From assembly GCA_051652765.1 (NCBI GenBank), contig JBOFUV010000027.1, positions 1 to 46,529 of the forward strand: DNA of 46,529 bases. The letters are read 5' to 3'. Shown here piece by piece: positions 18,707-27,750 of the stretch. The position numbers and the translations under genes are program-made. How positions within the stretch are numbered: position 1 is the stretch's first letter; every line of letters begins with the position of its first letter. Under the pieces are notes generated by a model, which worked only from the letters and a program-made list of their open reading frames with translations, was not told the DNA's origin and did no database searches. This stretch comes from Microcoleaceae cyanobacterium. Its GTDB lineage: Bacteria; Cyanobacteriota; Cyanobacteriia; Cyanobacteriales; Microcoleaceae.

Positions 18707-21700
18707 CTAGAACTGAATCTCATATTCAAAGCGAATTTCAGTTTCGTTAGAGAAATTTGTTGCTCCTCGCAGCAGCAATTCATCATTGACTCGATAGTTG
18801 ACCCCAAGCTGAGTCGGTTGTTCTGTAGCCAGGACTCGACTCAGGGAAACAGAAAAATTGTCAGTGACATCAAATCCAATTTCTAAACCGATTCCCAAGG
18901 CGGATGATCCTTGAGAGGTTTCAGCAACCCGTGCAGGATAGAGGCGAAACTCCGTTAGCCCAGTTGCTCGAATCACCTTTTGCTGAAGATCACTGAATAG
19001 ACCGACACTGGCTAAGTTGGCTAAAAATAAAGTGCTGTCTCCCGTTACCCCTTCAATGGCACTACCTCCCAACAACGCAAGCAGTTGAGTTTTTGAACGT
19101 GATGGAGAACTCTTAAGCTCAATAATGTCGTTAATCCGGGAGGCTGGGCCTTGAACAATCGCAGTTACCCGGATCGTTCGCACTGTTCCAAACCGAGAGG
19201 GACTCGTAGACTCTAGCCGCTCTGAAGAGAACGCTGAAACAGGAGCCTCAAACAGGGTGCTTTCGGGGACACGAGTGACGAGTCGAACATCGAGAACTGG
19301 ATCTAGACCTTGGGATGGGACAAAAATTGCCCGTTGGGGATAGCCTCGATCCAATCGCAGTCGGCTGGTATAAAGATTGACTGCCCCTCCGGTGAGAGTA
19401 ATCACCCCTTGCGGTTGAATACTCTCAACACTATCTAGCTCCCCATTGACCACAATGGTTCCGTTGGCACTAAAGTCGAGCAAGGGTGCATCTAGGAACC
19501 CAGAAACGGGAGACGACGAGCGGATGCGAATATTGTCCCCAAGGGCTAGTCGCAAGTTGTTTAAGCTGGGTTCGATCGGGCCCAAACTGGGTAACGCCCC
19601 TTCCCCGTTTCCGCCCCCGCCCCCGCCAGGGAGAATAACCGTGCCATTAGAGACAGCGACTAATCCCCCAATTTCCGGTTCGAGAGCGGTGCCAGTGACT
19701 TGGATAATTCCAGCAACGTTGCCGGTGTATAGCTTCTCTAGATTTATATTCAGGTTATCCAGACTGAGTTGTAAGGGAGTCAAAGCGTCTGGATCGGTTT
19801 CTGAAAACGGTTGATACATGGGTAATATCCCTTGCAAAAGGATCTTGCCAGTTCCTGTTTCTCCCTGCAATTCTCCTTGAATGCCTGCAACTCGAAGGCG
19901 ATCGCCCAGAAATTCTGCCGTTCCGGTTAGGCCCACAATTGATTGTTCCATGCAGTTTTCAACCTGGGACTTTGGATCTGTTGTCGAGGCTTCACAGGCC
20001 AAGATTAATTTTCCAGATTGGATCTTGAACACCCCTTGAGGTTGGAGCCGCAGTTCTTCAATGTCCCCGTTCGCATTTTGGCGAAGCACCCCGCCAATTT
20101 TTAACTGGACTAAGCCTTTGCCTTCGACTAAATTGATTGGACTGATCAGGTTGATGACTTTCAAGCCTTCATCCTGAACATCAAGCTGAACCTGAATCTG
20201 ATCTCCCGAGGCAGCAACCTTGGCAAACGGCAAGCGATAGGGAATATTCCCCTTGATCCGAATCGGGTCTGTTTCGGTCAGTAAAATATTGCCGCCAAAG
20301 CTCAGGCGAGCGTTGTTATAGGTAAAACTGCCTTGAGCTTCCTGCAGGGGCTCTTGATTGAACGTGCCATCAATGACCGTCACAACTCCGGTGGCCTGAG
20401 GGTTCTCCAATGTCCCGGCAATCTTGGCATCAAAGTTCAATTCTCCAGTAACATCAATATTCGTGAGATTGGTGTATCGTGCCAAACTCTCTTGCAACTT
20501 CTCTAAACGCAGATCTTTAACCCGAAACTGACCTGAGGGACGCTGACTGATCAAATCCAACTGTCCTCGAAAATCATACAACGCTCCTCCAGCTCGGAGT
20601 TGTAGCGGAATCACGCGGAAGACATTCTCTTCTAAAACGGCCTCGAGGGTAAATTCTTCAGCGGTAAATTCTCCCCAGGTCCAAATGTTGGTGTTGTTAA
20701 TCTTGGCCTTGCCATTAATACCAGATCGGATTGAACCTGTCGCCGTAATTTCCCCCTCGAACCCGCCCCGTAATGCAGATAACGAAGGGAGTGGATTCTC
20801 CATTTGTTGTTCTGTCTGTTGGTCGAGCAGGGCGCGAATTTCGGCCAGCCGTTGAAGTTGTTGAGTTAAAGTTGCATCCGGCGGCAAACCTACGGCAAAT
20901 GCTTGAACCTCTGCGGCTGTGCCATAGACCGGGGTCTGAATCCCCCTGGAAACATCGCCCAATTCAAACCATTGCAAGACCGTTAACATATCTTGAAGTT
21001 CGCCGTTTTTAATTTTGACGGTGACTTCTAGGGGTTGAGGGGCTTGGATTTTTTCAGTGCCGGGGTCAATTGGGGGTTCTATTAAGGATTCAGTTGCAAC
21101 TGCTCCTGGGACGGACTGCTGAACGTTCACTCCTCCCCCTCGCAGTTCTGCCAACAGTTGAGTCACATCAGCCCGACCGTTAATCAGGAATAAACTTCTA
21201 TTTTCCGGAGCGATCGCACAAGTCTCTGCTTGAACTGGTCGTTGACTGCGAACACAATCACTGTTGGGTAGACGCAAGACTCCATCCAGGGTTGCGATCC
21301 CATCTTCATAGCGCACATCTGCGTCTAGCCGTTCCGCCATGATATATCCCAAGGTGGGTTGATGGATGGCAATCTGGCCGACAACACCAATTTGTTCGAG
21401 ATTTAAGGTGGCTAGTTCTGAAATTTCAGCAGTTCCAGAGACAATGCCGCTGATCTCACCAATATTTCGCTGGTCTAAGGGAGCCAAATTCAGCACGTCC
21501 AGGGGAAATTGACTGAAGGTGACCAGGAGATTGTCTCCCTTGGGCACTCCTTGGGCCATGACTTCCCCTGCTTGGACTAGAAAACTGACCGGAAGATAGC
21601 GGTCATTGAGTTCGAGTTCGATCCGATCTGAGTCTCCAGCTAGGGCCAGATCGACCCCTTGCTGCAATCCTGCTGTTAGGGTTCCGGCCATCACCGGGTC

Positions 21701-24700
21701 AAAGTTGAGATCTCGCACGGCAAGGTCATCCAACTGGAGATTTCCAGCCAGGGCCAAAGTAGCAGGTGCTCCCGTTAGCTTGCCCTTAAAATTGACCATG
21801 CCAGTCACAGGTGCGCCGCCAGCAGTGACTTCTGACGGCAACGTTGCCAACATTTGCTGCACTAGAGGGGAATTTAAATCAAAGTCCGACACCCGCACAT
21901 TCAGGTTCAAGTTTGAGAGTTTGGGAACGCCAGTGCCTTGAAATTCAACTGCCAAGATGCCATTCGCCCCAAACTGGGGGGTTTCTGCCTGTTCAATTTC
22001 AACCCGTTGACCATTCCAATTGAACACTGACTCCAAGGGCTGCTTGAGAATGGGCAGTTCCGAGAGGTTGAGCCGACCTGCCGCCTGAACGGTTTGAGGG
22101 TTAAACTGGAATCCAGCCCCCGCAGCACTCAGGCGAGTATTAAGGAACCCCCGCAACAGCGGCATGTCTTCGGCCTGAGCCAGCAACCCCCGATCTCGCA
22201 AGGGATTGAGCAAATCTGTGATTTGGGACTCTACCAGTTGAGAAAAGCGATTTAGGGCAATTTCATCCCCACTCACTACCGTATTCCACTGACCGCCTGT
22301 GGTGTTTCCCGTGGCCTTTACCCAGCCACCCCCGTTGCCCAAATCAACGGCACCGTCTCCGTTGGCCGTGATCCCCGTTGGCGTTAAATTCCTGAGGGAA
22401 CCTGATGCCACAACTTGACCTTGCAAGGTTCCATTTCTAAGGTCTAACGCCTGAATTTCTGCGGCCAAATCAGGGGGCACGGTTGCTAACGATAGGCCCA
22501 AACCGACCAGCGGTTCCAGGGGGAGGGCAGAGGTGTTGACTCTGGCTTGAAATTGACCCTGATTCAGCGATCCCTGAGCTTGCAGACTCCCGCCGAAGTT
22601 GCCTAAATCAGCACTGCCTTGAACAGCGCCATTCAGATTGTTCAAGTTCGTTAAACTGCCCTCAACCAATCCCTGACCTTGAACTCTGCCGTTCTGCAGA
22701 TCAAAGTCCTGAATTGTTGTGGCCAACTGGGGTGAAAGATTGGCATAGGGCAACCCCAAATCAACCAAAGGATTCAGCGGAATAGAAGTTGTATCAACTG
22801 TTGCTTTAAACTGTCCCTGATCTAAGGTCGCAGCGGCCTTAATTTGTCCACCCGTATTCCCTAAATCAACCTGGCTGATAATATTTCCGGTCACTGTGGT
22901 TGAACTGAGATCAGTTAGGTTTCCTGCCACATTTCCCTGAGCTTGCAGACTGCCATTGCTAACATCCAAGTTCTGAATTTGATTGGTTACGTTGGAAGAT
23001 AAATTTGCAAACGGTAAACCTGCTACGACTAAACGCGGTAACGGTAAGGGGTCAGTGTTAAAGTTGGCTTGAAATTGCCCTTGATTAACCTCAGTATTTG
23101 CATTAATTAAACGGCCACCTAAACTCACTTGAATATTCCCAGTTCCAGTGATGTTATTTGACTTTAAATTCTTGAGAGAACCTGATACATTGGCCTGCAA
23201 ATTTAATTGCCCATCTGTTAAGTCAATCTGGGCAATTTTAGCCTTTTGAATATCTGGCACATTCAGCAACGGTAATCCTAAATTCACCAAGGGAGTTAAA
23301 GCGACTTGTTCGGCATTGACGTTGGCGTTCCAAATATTTTGATTTTGAGTGGCAACAAGATTCACCGCTCCATCCGCAATTTGGACTCCTACTGTAGCTT
23401 GATTATTAACTAAATTAGCGGTTCCTGAAATCGGGTAACTCCCTGCAGGCAAGGCAAATTTAGACTGAATTTTTGGGTTGTTGACAGTTCCTGAAACTTG
23501 GGCGGTGGCTAAGAGTTCACCCAGTCGAAAGTCTCCCAAGGGAGAGTTCATTGGAACTCCATAGGCTTGAGCAATTTGATCAACTGGCAGGTCATTAACT
23601 GCCAAGCTAAATTCTAGTTGTGGATTGAATTCTGTCTTCTGATTATTTCCAACTTTTACCTGAGGATTTGCAGGGCGGGACTGATTTTTCCGAGGGGTTG
23701 AAAGCGCTTGTAACCCATTCAGTTTCGCCTTGCCTGATCCGGTAATAATCCCGCCCAAACTGGGCTCAATCTTCAGATTTTCAACAACAATTTCTGGGTC
23801 GGATTTTAGTACAAAATCCTGACCCAGTTCGACAGTTGATTCAAAGTTTGTGCTAACGGTTTCAAAGGTCAGTCGATCAACTTGAATCGGCTGAGTATTA
23901 GTGATATTTCCCTGAACTTTCGGTTTCGGCAGACTTCCGGTCAAGTTCAGTTTAACCTCAGCTTCTCCTGCGATTGGAACGGGTAATTTTAACAATTGAT
24001 CCAGTTCTGTTTCAATGGTCTTGAATACCGTTGCTAGGGGAGTTGGTGGAAGATTGACCGTCAGATCAAACTGGGTTTGCTCAAAGTCAAAGTTAGGATT
24101 CGTTGCAATAGTTCCGGCAACCTCAATGGCTGCATCTCCTAAACCTGTTGTCAGGTTTTTGATCTCAACTTCAGTGCCAGAAAATTTAAAGTTTCCTTCT
24201 AGGGGACGAAGGGGTTGCTCTAGGGATTTTAAGTCAATTTGAACCTCGTCAATTTCAACCGTACCTTGAACTCCTGAGAATTTTTGATTCACCAGTTCAA
24301 CAGCTAAATTGGCATCCACTTCTCCCTGTTTTAAGGTCAATTCATGGCTTTTAACCAATCCGTCAAATTGAGAAACTTGAAGATCTCGAGCGCGCAAACT
24401 CGCGGTTAAATTTCCTTCCTCCAGATTTCCTTGGGCTTTGACAGCAAAGGTGCCACCTTGCTCAAATTTTCCGGTTGCATCCCCTTGAATGCGTTGATTT
24501 TTCTCGCTTAAATCAGCCCTAACCCGATCTAAATTCAAAGCGATTAATTCTCCTGACCCTTGAGGATCATAGGGGTTCAAATCAACCGCTGCATCTTCGA
24601 TCCGAACCGTCCCAATTTCTACTTGTACAGGGGGATCTTTTTTGAGTTTCAATTCCAGGTCAAGCCACTGACCCTGACTGGTTTCCTCAAGATAAACGTC

Positions 24701-25081
24701 TGGCTCAACCAGGGTAATATCCAGTTTGACCTTCGGTTGGAATAGCAAAGAAATCAGAGAAAAGCTAACTTCAACAGCTTTTGTTGTGGCATAGCTTGGA
24801 TCAGACTCTGTTGGTGGCAGGGCAGATTCACCAAAGCGAACCTGGGTAGGGGTAATCCACTCCAATGGCCCGACTTCAACCGGACGCTGGGCTACGGTAC
24901 TCAAGGCTCCAGAAATGGTTGGAGCCAGTCGAGTCTTGACGAACCAAACCGCAGTAAGTCCGATGGCAATGCCACCCATTCCGACGGCTACCCCTCCCCA
25001 GAGCAACAGAGATTTCCAAGGCCAACGGCCACGGGGACGAGGAGCATCGGATTCAGGGTTTCCATTGGGCAAGTGGGTCAT
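18707..25081 (-). CDS. tamB: Translocation and assembly module TamB (DUF490 / Tic236-like)
   Basis: 2124 aa, N-terminal TM anchor, long beta-rich body, C-terminal LDPVLDV..L.SSP.RS..QLLALLGG and YEIQF ending typical of cyanobacterial TamB. Confidence 0.85.
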   Translation of the reverse strand: MTHLPNGNPESDAPRPRGRWPWKSLLLWGGVAVGMGGIAIGLTAVWFVKTRLAPTISGALSTVAQRPVEVGPLEWITPTQVRFGESALPPTESDPSYATTKAVEVSFSLISLLFQPKVKLDITLVEPDVYLEETSQGQWLDLELKLKKDPPVQVEIGTVRIEDAAVDLNPYDPQGSGELIALNLDRVRADLSEKNQRIQGDATGKFEQGGTFAVKAQGNLEEGNLTASLRARDLQVSQFDGLVKSHELTLKQGEVDANLAVELVNQKFSGVQGTVEIDEVQIDLKSLEQPLRPLEGNFKFSGTEVEIKNLTTGLGDAAIEVAGTIATNPNFDFEQTQFDLTVNLPPTPLATVFKTIETELDQLLKLPVPIAGEAEVKLNLTGSLPKPKVQGNITNTQPIQVDRLTFETVSTNFESTVELGQDFVLKSDPEIVVENLKIEPSLGGIITGSGKAKLNGLQALSTPRKNQSRPANPQVKVGNNQKTEFNPQLEFSLAVNDLPVDQIAQAYGVPMNSPLGDFRLGELLATAQVSGTVNNPKIQSKFALPAGSYPISGTANLVNNQATVGVQIADGAVNLVATQNQNIWNANVNAEQVALTPLVNLGLPLLNVPDIQKAKIAQIDLTDGQLNLQANVSGSLKNLKSNNITGTGNIQVSLGGRLINANTEVNQGQFQANFNTDPLPLPRLVVAGLPFANLSSNVTNQIQNLDVSNGSLQAQGNVAGNLTDLSSTTVTGNIISQVDLGNTGGQIKAAATLDQGQFKATVDTTSIPLNPLVDLGLPYANLSPQLATTIQDFDLQNGRVQGQGLVEGSLTNLNNLNGAVQGSADLGNFGGSLQAQGSLNQGQFQARVNTSALPLEPLVGLGLSLATVPPDLAAEIQALDLRNGTLQGQVVASGSLRNLTPTGITANGDGAVDLGNGGGWVKATGNTTGGQWNTVVSGDEIALNRFSQLVESQITDLLNPLRDRGLLAQAEDMPLLRGFLNTRLSAAGAGFQFNPQTVQAAGRLNLSELPILKQPLESVFNWNGQRVEIEQAETPQFGANGILAVEFQGTGVPKLSNLNLNVRVSDFDLNSPLVQQMLATLPSEVTAGGAPVTGMVNFKGKLTGAPATLALAGNLQLDDLAVRDLNFDPVMAGTLTAGLQQGVDLALAGDSDRIELELNDRYLPVSFLVQAGEVMAQGVPKGDNLLVTFSQFPLDVLNLAPLDQRNIGEISGIVSGTAEISELATLNLEQIGVVGQIAIHQPTLGYIMAERLDADVRYEDGIATLDGVLRLPNSDCVRSQRPVQAETCAIAPENRSLFLINGRADVTQLLAELRGGGVNVQQSVPGAVATESLIEPPIDPGTEKIQAPQPLEVTVKIKNGELQDMLTVLQWFELGDVSRGIQTPVYGTAAEVQAFAVGLPPDATLTQQLQRLAEIRALLDQQTEQQMENPLPSLSALRGGFEGEITATGSIRSGINGKAKINNTNIWTWGEFTAEEFTLEAVLEENVFRVIPLQLRAGGALYDFRGQLDLISQRPSGQFRVKDLRLEKLQESLARYTNLTNIDVTGELNFDAKIAGTLENPQATGVVTVIDGTFNQEPLQEAQGSFTYNNARLSFGGNILLTETDPIRIKGNIPYRLPFAKVAASGDQIQVQLDVQDEGLKVINLISPINLVEGKGLVQLKIGGVLRQNANGDIEELRLQPQGVFKIQSGKLILACEASTTDPKSQVENCMEQSIVGLTGTAEFLGDRLRVAGIQGELQGETGTGKILLQGILPMYQPFSETDPDALTPLQLSLDNLNINLEKLYTGNVAGIIQVTGTALEPEIGGLVAVSNGTVILPGGGGGGNGEGALPSLGPIEPSLNNLRLALGDNIRIRSSSPVSGFLDAPLLDFSANGTIVVNGELDSVESIQPQGVITLTGGAVNLYTSRLRLDRGYPQRAIFVPSQGLDPVLDVRLVTRVPESTLFEAPVSAFSSERLESTSPSRFGTVRTIRVTAIVQGPASRINDIIELKSSPSRSKTQLLALLGGSAIEGVTGDSTLFLANLASVGLFSDLQQKVIRATGLTEFRLYPARVAETSQGSSALGIGLEIGFDVTDNFSVSLSRVLATEQPTQLGVNYRVNDELLLRGATNFSNETEIRFEYEIQF

Positions 25082-25190
25082 CTCAACTCTCTAACCTAGA
25101 ATGGGGAGCAGTCTTCAGCCTGATCTGCTAAATTCACCAGGCTACTGATTGAGTCATCCCCCTTAAAAATCTTAAGCTGAAGTTCAAACT

Positions 25191-25715
25191 TCAGGGCGTT
25201 TCAGGTTTATTTTCAGGTGTCGTTTTTTTGGCAATGACCTCAAGGGTCATGCCTTCAGGAAGCTGATCGACTTGAAAATACTGGTTAAACTTTGACGTAA
25301 CTTGCAACCAATAGGAACGGGTTTCAGGATGCTTACGCTTGGTGACGAATCCCTGCTCGACCAGTTCCTGAACCTGTTGATAGGCTCCTGAACCGCGCAA
25401 ATCAACCAGTTGGGTTTGGGTAATGCCTTCGCTCAGGGCGATCGCCGCTAAAGTTCTCAAGGCTCCCAATCCCAGATCTGCCGGAACGATAGTGTCCATC
25501 AAGGTGTCATAGCCTGATTTCAGTTGCAAACTGTACTGCTTATCCTGTTCAACAATTTCCAAGGCTGTTTCTCGATGAGCATAGTCAGACATCAATTGAA
25601 TCAATGCCTCTTCAATTTCAGGGCGATCGCACCCAGTCAGTTCTGCAATGTCGCGAATGGTGAGGAACTGACCCTTGAGGTAAAGCACCGCTTCAACTTT
25701 TGCCAAAATATTCAT
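25191..25715 (-). CDS. scpB: SMC-Scp complex subunit ScpB
   Basis: VEAVLY, LRTLAAIA...ITQ..L..LRGS.AY..V.EL...GF, VT.KF.QYF. Confidence 0.92.
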   Translation of the reverse strand: MNILAKVEAVLYLKGQFLTIRDIAELTGCDRPEIEEALIQLMSDYAHRETALEIVEQDKQYSLQLKSGYDTLMDTIVPADLGLGALRTLAAIALSEGITQTQLVDLRGSGAYQQVQELVEQGFVTKRKHPETRSYWLQVTSKFNQYFQVDQLPEGMTLEVIAKKTTPENKPETP

Positions 25716-25888
25716 TCAGAAGCAGGACTAGACAGGTTTAATCTTTTAGTTTAATCCCTCTCAAGCAAGTTCTAGGATCAATCTCTCTTCAATAGCGATT
25801 GTGTCGGAAAAAACAGTCATAGGCTCGCACCGTGCCCATAAAGTGCTCTGGACAACTGTTCCAGGATTGCCCAACAGCGGCTATAAAC

Positions 25889-25922
25889 AAAAAAAAGAGA
25901 GAGCCGCTTTAACAACTCTCCC
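25889..25922 (-). terminator. Intrinsic terminator
   Basis: GGGAGAGTTG-ttaaag-CGGCTCTCTC followed by T8 on the minus strand (10-bp stem including G-U pairs). Confidence 0.85.
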
Positions 25923-25944
25923 TACCATCAGGGTGCATCTACAT
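25889..25944 (-). ncRNA. Candidate ~55-nt small RNA (NsiR1-like 5' end)
   Basis: Lies between a TTGACC-N17-TATATT promoter and a 10-bp hairpin plus T8 terminator. Predicted RNA: (AU)GUAGAUGCACCCUGAUGGUAGGGAGAGUUGUUAAAGCGGCUCUCUCUUUUUUUU. No complete ORF within it. Confidence 0.65.
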
Positions 25945-25949
25945 AACAT

Positions 25950-25978
25950 AATATAGCTTTTTGGGGATGTAGGGTCAA
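25950..25978 (-). promoter_or_regulatory. Sigma70-type promoter
   Basis: TTGACC (25978-25973), 17 bp, TATATT (25955-25950); 5/6 match to consensus in each hexamer. Confidence 0.7.
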
Positions 25979-25987
25979 GCCCCTTAG

Positions 25988-26047
25988 TTTGAAGATCCTG
26001 TAAAGTTTCGGCTAGAATTCGCAAGATTCTGTAAAAAAGCTGTGACA
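25988..26047 (-). promoter_or_regulatory. Two 7-N4-7 direct-repeat boxes upstream of the sRNA promoter
   Basis: TGTCACA-gctt-TTTTACA (26047-26030) and CTTTACA-ggat-CTTCAAA (26005-25988). Confidence 0.4.
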
Positions 26048-26069
26048 CCTCATCCCAATACACCCAATT

Positions 26070-27254
26070 TCAGGTTTCTAAAATCGGCAGTTTGAACCAG
26101 AAGGCTGCTCCTTGGTGCGGTTGAGCGATCGCCCCCATCTCCCCGCCATGAGCTGTGATAATCTGGCGGCAAAGATAAAGCCCCAAGCCCAGACCTTGAA
26201 TTTTGCCAACGCTATCACCTCGCTTGTACCGATCAAACAAGCTTTCAAGCTCACTTGGTTCAATGCCAACGCCATTGTCCGCGATGGTATAGCAGAGAAC
26301 AGGCTTGACCCCTTCAGATTCCTGTACTGCACTCTCCTGACTCTTTGTTGTTTCTTCTACACTGAGAGTTAAGGTAATACCAGGGGGATTATACTTAATG
26401 GCATTTGAAAATAAATTGTCAAACACTCGCCATAGTTGGTAGAAGTCAGCATTGACTAAGGGCAATTGAGCTGGAATCAGGTTTTGGACATTGACTTGAC
26501 TTTTTTCTAGCATCGGTTCCCACTCTGCTAGAAAGTGTTGGGTAAACTGGGTCAGATCTAGCGGTTCGCATTTGAGGGGAATGCCTTGGATCTCTGAGTC
26601 ACTGGTTTCAACCAGGGAATCGATCAAATTCAGTTGGCGATCGCAACTCTGGGCCATCCGTTCTAAAATTGGAGTCCGAACTGGGATTTGCTCACCCTCG
26701 GCTGAGGATTTCTTGAGGAGAGTGTTCAAGACCATCAGCATTCCGGTAACTGGATTGCGGAGATCATGAGAAATTGCATGGATACAGACCCGCAGGGCTG
26801 CTTCTACCTTGCAGCGTTCTTGAATTTCCTGCTGAAGCTGCTCATTGTTTCTGATGAGTTGGCGCTTTTGCTGCTGCAGCATTAGTTGAGTTCTCACCCG
26901 AACCAACACCTCCTGCACCTGAAAGGGCTTTGTAATATAGTCCACACCACCCATTTCGAAGGCTAATACCTTGTCAACGGTATCCGTGAGAGCGCTCAGA
27001 AAGATAATTGGAATATCGCAGAACTCTGGCTGCGCTTTTAAGTATTGAGCAACTTGATATCCGTTCATCTCCGGCATCATCACGTCCAGCAAAATCAGGT
27101 CAGGTGGAACCACTTCCATCGCCTGAATCGCTCGTTGCCCATTGGTTGACTTCCGCACCCGAAACTGCTGCTCCTGCAATACTGAGGATAGCAACTTAAG
27201 ATTCTCAGGGGTATCGTCCACAATCAAAATGTCTGCTTGATCAGAGTTCATCAA
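26070..27254 (-). CDS. Hybrid response regulator / histidine kinase (REC-HisKA-HATPase)
   Basis: ILIVDD, LLDVMMP, TKPF; SHDLRNP; NLFSNAIKY; DNGVGI; GLGLGL. Start may be ATG 27251. Confidence 0.92.
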   Translation of the reverse strand: MMNSDQADILIVDDTPENLKLLSSVLQEQQFRVRKSTNGQRAIQAMEVVPPDLILLDVMMPEMNGYQVAQYLKAQPEFCDIPIIFLSALTDTVDKVLAFEMGGVDYITKPFQVQEVLVRVRTQLMLQQQKRQLIRNNEQLQQEIQERCKVEAALRVCIHAISHDLRNPVTGMLMVLNTLLKKSSAEGEQIPVRTPILERMAQSCDRQLNLIDSLVETSDSEIQGIPLKCEPLDLTQFTQHFLAEWEPMLEKSQVNVQNLIPAQLPLVNADFYQLWRVFDNLFSNAIKYNPPGITLTLSVEETTKSQESAVQESEGVKPVLCYTIADNGVGIEPSELESLFDRYKRGDSVGKIQGLGLGLYLCRQIITAHGGEMGAIAQPHQGAAFWFKLPILET

Positions 27255-27265
27255 CAGGACTGAGC

Positions 27266-27550
27266 CTAAGTCTCAACTTGAACTCCTCGCCAAAACGCTA
27301 CATAGCCTTTAATATTGGCTGCCGCAGATTTGGGATCAGGATAATACCAAGCCGCATCTTTGTTCGCTTGGCCATCCACAACAACGGTGTAATAACTGGC
27401 TACACCTTTCCAACCGCAGGTCGTATGCGTAGAACTGTCTTGAAAGTATTCTGACTTAATCGAACTGGGAGGAAAATATTGATTGCCTTCCACGACTTCG
27501 CACTGGTCACTCTCTGCTAAAACCGTTCCATTCCAAATTGCTTTAGGCAT
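27266..27550 (-). CDS. DUF427 domain protein
   Basis: KAIWNG.VLAES..VEGN.YFP, C.WKG.ASYY, AAWYYP.P..AA..I..YVAFW. Confidence 0.88.
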   Translation of the reverse strand: MPKAIWNGTVLAESDQCEVVEGNQYFPPSSIKSEYFQDSSTHTTCGWKGVASYYTVVVDGQANKDAAWYYPDPKSAAANIKGYVAFWRGVQVET

Positions 27551-27750
27551 TTATCTTTCCTACTGTTCCGCACCTTCTCAAACTCTAACATTTTTTATGA
27601 CAAGGTGACTCCGGAAACTCTCAGTTCCAGTGTTCAAAATCTGGGTCTCAAACCTTAGGCAAAGTCCGTGCCAGGAAAACCCTCTTGGCTTTTTTGCCCC
27701 ATCCTGAGGTCAGGAGTTTACAATAAGAGCGGAGTTATGACAACCTGAGT

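Noticed and set aside
19483..19494. 12-nt identity (AGGGTGCATCTA) between tamB and the sRNA locus
   Set aside because: Same sense as the sRNA in the tamB mRNA, so it cannot pair; inside coding sequence; likely chance.
25881..26063. 60-aa minus-strand ORF
   Set aside because: Non-ATG start, reads through a promoter and a strong terminator; better explained as non-coding.
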